Shown here in pieces: positions 60,561 through 64,000 of a stretch of DNA of 64,000 bases. The stretch covers positions 28,999,673 to 29,063,672 of the forward strand of contig OZ037766.1 of assembly GCA_964035545.1 (NCBI GenBank), in the 5' to 3' direction. The translations under genes were made by a program, and so were the position numbers. This DNA comes from Bugula neritina. Its lineage: Eukaryota > Animalia > Bryozoa. Below the pieces are notes generated by a model. The model ran no database searches. It was not told the DNA's origin and was given only the letters and a program-made list of their open reading frames with translations. Position 1 is the stretch's first letter. Each line of letters starts with the position of its first letter.

Positions 60561-61296
60561 GACACTAACACAAAACCGATACAGTTATATTATATCATTG
60601 TCCAACGAAAATATTAAATAAATTTAAATTTTATTAAAAATGAATTTCTATATATTAAATTATGTATTAAAATGTATTTTCCTAGATTTATTACTTATAA
60701 TAAATTTTCACTTAATAATTGATGGGTTGGAATTGATCAAGGACGACAATTAACAATTTAGATATTACTTGATATAATTTTGCTTTAAAAGTTAGTGTAT
60801 GCAATCCAGCAACTGTAGAATAAAAATAGGAGTTATCTCCGCTCGACAAATGTTTATTTATGGTTTGGTTTGGCAATATTACTCATGTATAAACAATATA
60901 TGTGATTCTATGTGTATTGTGCAACGGTTAGCACTCAGGTTAATATTCTGTGTGACAAATTTGGGATTTGCTCCCCCAAAGAATTGAAATTATAAGATAT
61001 ATATTATATGTTTTGTATAATATGTATATCTATATTTGATGATAATATCAAAGCAAGCAAAATTACAATAACAAAATATTACAAGAAATTAACCAAACCA
61101 AAAAAAAGATTATCCTAGCGATCCTTTGAAATCTTGCTGTGTTTACATTATACTAGCAAACATAAATTAATAAGTCTGACAAGCAAGATAGACAAATTAT
61201 CCAGATTAGATTCACAAAAGAATTGCAGTTAAAACATCAATATTTAAAATACTTCCTTCAACATATATTTCAACAAATTTCAACAAATATTTCACA

Positions 61297-62034
61297 ATGC
61301 GTTCTACTAGATCAACTAAGTCTACCTCAGAAGATGAGGTGACTCTAAAAACACTGGACAACAAACTAGATCTGGTTTTGAGTGAATTCTCCAGTATCAA
61401 ATCAAGGCTGACAGCTATTGAGAATACTCAAAAAGAATTCGAAAAGTCCCTGGAATTCGTACATCAAGAAACTAGGAAAAATGACTACAATATCTCAAGG
61501 ATTGAAAATTCTGTCAAACACGTTGAACAAAAACTGGAGGAGTACAAGTCTCTTGATGAGAGAATAGAGACATCTGAACACCATGAGAGAGCAAAGTGCG
61601 TCGAGTTAAATGGTATTGAATACAACAAAGATGAAGACCTAATGACTGGTTTTGATAGAATCATCAAAAATCTAAAAATGACCTCAATATCAACTACACA
61701 AGACATTGATAAAATCTATAGAATTCGACAAACCAAGCGCATCGTGGTTAAGTTTGTTCACACCAATAAAAGAGATACATTCTTCCACACTTATCGTAAA
61801 AGTATTATGTCAACAAAACAATTAGGTTTTCAAACAGATTCCAAAATATTTATTAACGAGGTTCTCAGTAGTAAGCAAAGGGACCTTTTTTGGAAAACCA
61901 GAAACTTCAAAAAATCAAACAACTATAAGTATGTTTGGACATTTGCCCAACGAATTTACTTGCGCAGAACACCTGACTCGGAGGCTATCCAAATAAATGA
62001 TGTAAATGATCTCGAGAACCTGAAATGTGTTTAG
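61297..62034 (+). CDS. LINE ORF1 protein (coiled coil + RRM-like + YKYVWT C-terminal domain)
   Basis: 245-aa ORF directly upstream of APE-RT. Motifs VELNGI, IVVKF, IFINE.L and YKYVWT..IYLR are typical of CR1-group ORF1. Confidence 0.85.
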   Translation: MRSTRSTKSTSEDEVTLKTLDNKLDLVLSEFSSIKSRLTAIENTQKEFEKSLEFVHQETRKNDYNISRIENSVKHVEQKLEEYKSLDERIETSEHHERAKCVELNGIEYNKDEDLMTGFDRIIKNLKMTSISTTQDIDKIYRIRQTKRIVVKFVHTNKRDTFFHTYRKSIMSTKQLGFQTDSKIFINEVLSSKQRDLFWKTRNFKKSNNYKYVWTFAQRIYLRRTPDSEAIQINDVNDLENLKCV

Positions 62035-62084
62035 TGTACCTCACTTTTGTATTTAACTTAAACTGCTAAGTTATCTTTTGCAAA

Positions 62085-64000
62085 ATGCATGAAATTAACT
62101 GCACAGCATACGACATCTTTTCTTTTAACAAACTAGAAGTAAATAATTCAACTTTCTCTCTTCTTAACTTTAATATTCAAAGCATTAGAAATAAATTTTC
62201 ACATTTTGAATATTTTTTGAACACTTTTTCTAACCCCTTTGATGTAATTTGTTTAACTGAAACTTGGCTAAATGATGATGAAATTCAATTTTTTAAACTT
62301 GAAGGTTATGATTTTGTAGGTAGTCAGAGACTGGGTAGAGGAGGTGGTGTTGGGGCCTATGTGCGGTGTGGCCTGGGGGCCGACACGAAGGCTGTTTCGC
62401 TGTCTGGAGCAGACGTCCTCTCACTTGTTCTACACAGTCAGGCCTCAAAGTCTTCCCATTTCAGACTCACAATTATATACAGGCAGCCCGGTGCTTCCTC
62501 CACTGATGCGTTTCTTAGTGACCTGGAGGCTTATATTTCCCATGATTCTTCTCCCCATATTGTAGTAGGTGACATCAATATAGATACCCTTGACATGAAT
62601 GTAAGTGACACTTATTCCACCACTATTTCTACCTATGCCTTTTACAATGCTATCACTCTCCCAACTAGAATCTCATCGTCACGAGCTAGCTGTTTAGATC
62701 ATATCCTTCTAAACTTCTCTTGCATAAACGGTAAATCTGGAACCATTGAGTCAGATTTGAGTGACCACCTACCCACTTTTGTGACGTTTCAACTGAATTG
62801 TTCAAATAGAACTAATATTGTCTCAGATGATATGTATAGAACTATTAATTATTCCAAACTAGTTTCCAAGATAAACTCATTTTGCTGGTTGAAGCTCTTT
62901 GATGACTCACAAAATTGTGAAGTAAACTATGATATATTTATTACTAGACTAAAATTTCTCATTGAAAGTTGTTCACAGACTATTGAAAACAATAGGCCTT
63001 CTAAAAAGTTTGCACAAAAACCATGGATTACTGAACATCTTTTAACTCAAATCAAAAAGAAATATGCACTTCACAAACGAGTGAAAAAAGCACCCCTGAA
63101 TAAAAAGATTTTAAAAAGATATAATGCTTTTAGAAATAATTTGAATGCTGATCTGAGAACCGCTAAATATGATTATTTTAAAGCTTTTATTAGCAATTGT
63201 AACAGTTCGCAGCTTTGGGTACTTATAAATGAACAAACAGGGAAAGCCAAACTAAACAAAAGATGCTTTTCATCAAAACTGTATTCGGTTGAGGACTCTG
63301 AAACCATGCTAGATAGCAATATGGATATAGCTAACAATTTCAATCTGTATTTTTCAACAATAGCCCAAAAACTAGCTTCAAATTTTACAAATTCGAACTC
63401 CGATACCTACTCAATGCTGACAAATATTACTAAAGAAGAATTTCATTTAAAAAAAACTGATGAATCTCAAATAATTGAGATCATTGAAAAACTAGATTCC
63501 AAGAAAGCTATAGGTTTAGACAATATCCCGACTAAACTTATCAAATTTTGCAAAATTTCACTATCTACACCACTTGCCTATTTATTTAACAAAAGCATAG
63601 AAGAAAAAATTGTTCCAGCGCAAATTAAAACTGCTAAAATATTACCATTCTACAAAAAAGGTTCTCATGACAGATGTGAAAACTACCGCCCTATTTCAAT
63701 CCTCCCCATTTTTAGTAAAATACTTGAAAAAATTGTTAACAATCAAATTTTAAACTTTTTAGAATCTAAAAATTTGATTTCTAAGAATCAATATGGCTTT
63801 CGAAAAAATTTAAGTACTGCAGATGCTGTTGTTAAATTTAAAAATAATACGCTCGAAGCTTTTAACAATGGAAATTGCGTTCTCGGAATTTTTATAGATT
63901 TTAGTAAGGCTTTTGACACTATAAATCACAATATTTTACTTGCAAAAATGAGAAAACTTGGTTTTAGTGAATCCACAGTGTCATGGGTTGCTAACTACCT
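62085..64000 (+). CDS. LINE ORF2 (APE endonuclease + reverse transcriptase), CR1 group, runs off the window
   Basis: ATG at 62085. Motifs LNFNIQS, LTETWL, GDINID, SDHLP, KPWIT, NYRPISILP, QYGFR and FIDFSKAFD. NYRPIS is in frame with the ATG, and the ORF track shows no internal stop. Confidence 0.92.
   Translation, partial: MHEINCTAYDIFSFNKLEVNNSTFSLLNFNIQSIRNKFSHFEYFLNTFSNPFDVICLTETWLNDDEIQFFKLEGYDFVGSQRLGRGGGVGAYVRCGLGADTKAVSLSGADVLSLVLHSQASKSSHFRLTIIYRQPGASSTDAFLSDLEAYISHDSSPHIVVGDINIDTLDMNVSDTYSTTISTYAFYNAITLPTRISSSRASCLDHILLNFSCINGKSGTIESDLSDHLPTFVTFQLNCSNRTNIVSDDMYRTINYSKLVSKINSFCWLKLFDDSQNCEVNYDIFITRLKFLIESCSQTIENNRPSKKFAQKPWITEHLLTQIKKKYALHKRVKKAPLNKKILKRYNAFRNNLNADLRTAKYDYFKAFISNCNSSQLWVLINEQTGKAKLNKRCFSSKLYSVEDSETMLDSNMDIANNFNLYFSTIAQKLASNFTNSNSDTYSMLTNITKEEFHLKKTDESQIIEIIEKLDSKKAIGLDNIPTKLIKFCKISLSTPLAYLFNKSIEEKIVPAQIKTAKILPFYKKGSHDRCENYRPISILPIFSKILEKIVNNQILNFLESKNLISKNQYGFRKNLSTADAVVKFKNNTLEAFNNGNCVLGIFIDFSKAFDTINHNILLAKMRKLGFSESTVSWVANY

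Noticed and set aside
62344-62565. 73-aa ORF inside the LINE
   Set aside because: Alternate frame overlapping the ORF2 endonuclease domain.

Overview
AT-rich, intron-containing animal DNA (invertebrate-like; the species cannot be determined from the sequence). About 57 kb of the window is a head-to-tail, minus-strand tandem array of secreted short-chain (spongin/C4-like) collagen genes. Six copies are apparently intact (A, B, D, E, F, H), two are pseudogenes (C, G), one orphan last-exon fragment follows H, and the first exon of a ninth copy sits at the left edge. Each gene has six coding exons: signal peptide plus Gln-rich heptad coiled coil / acidic linker with Cys / Pro-free charged collagen / Pro-containing collagen plus start of an NC1-like domain / two Cys-rich NC1-like exons. 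The paralogs vary in a modular way. Coiled coils differ mostly by whole heptads, collagen by whole Gly-X-Y triplets, and the globular head has short Tyr/His/Ser/Asn-rich hypervariable loops in an almost invariant scaffold that includes a 62-nt block identical in seven copies. Gene bodies are recombinant mosaics. Together this resembles a diversifying, collectin-like recognition or assembly-code family; that function is inference. Transposable elements include a 2.7 kb LTR element encoding only Gag-protease nested in a MITE, a 5'-truncated Penelope-like element with an inverted pLTR and a minimal hammerhead ribozyme in both arms, two related solo LTRs, several MITEs, a deleted BEL/Pao remnant, and an apparently intact CR1-group LINE running off the right end. 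All exon boundaries were read by eye from GT/AG signals and paralog comparison.
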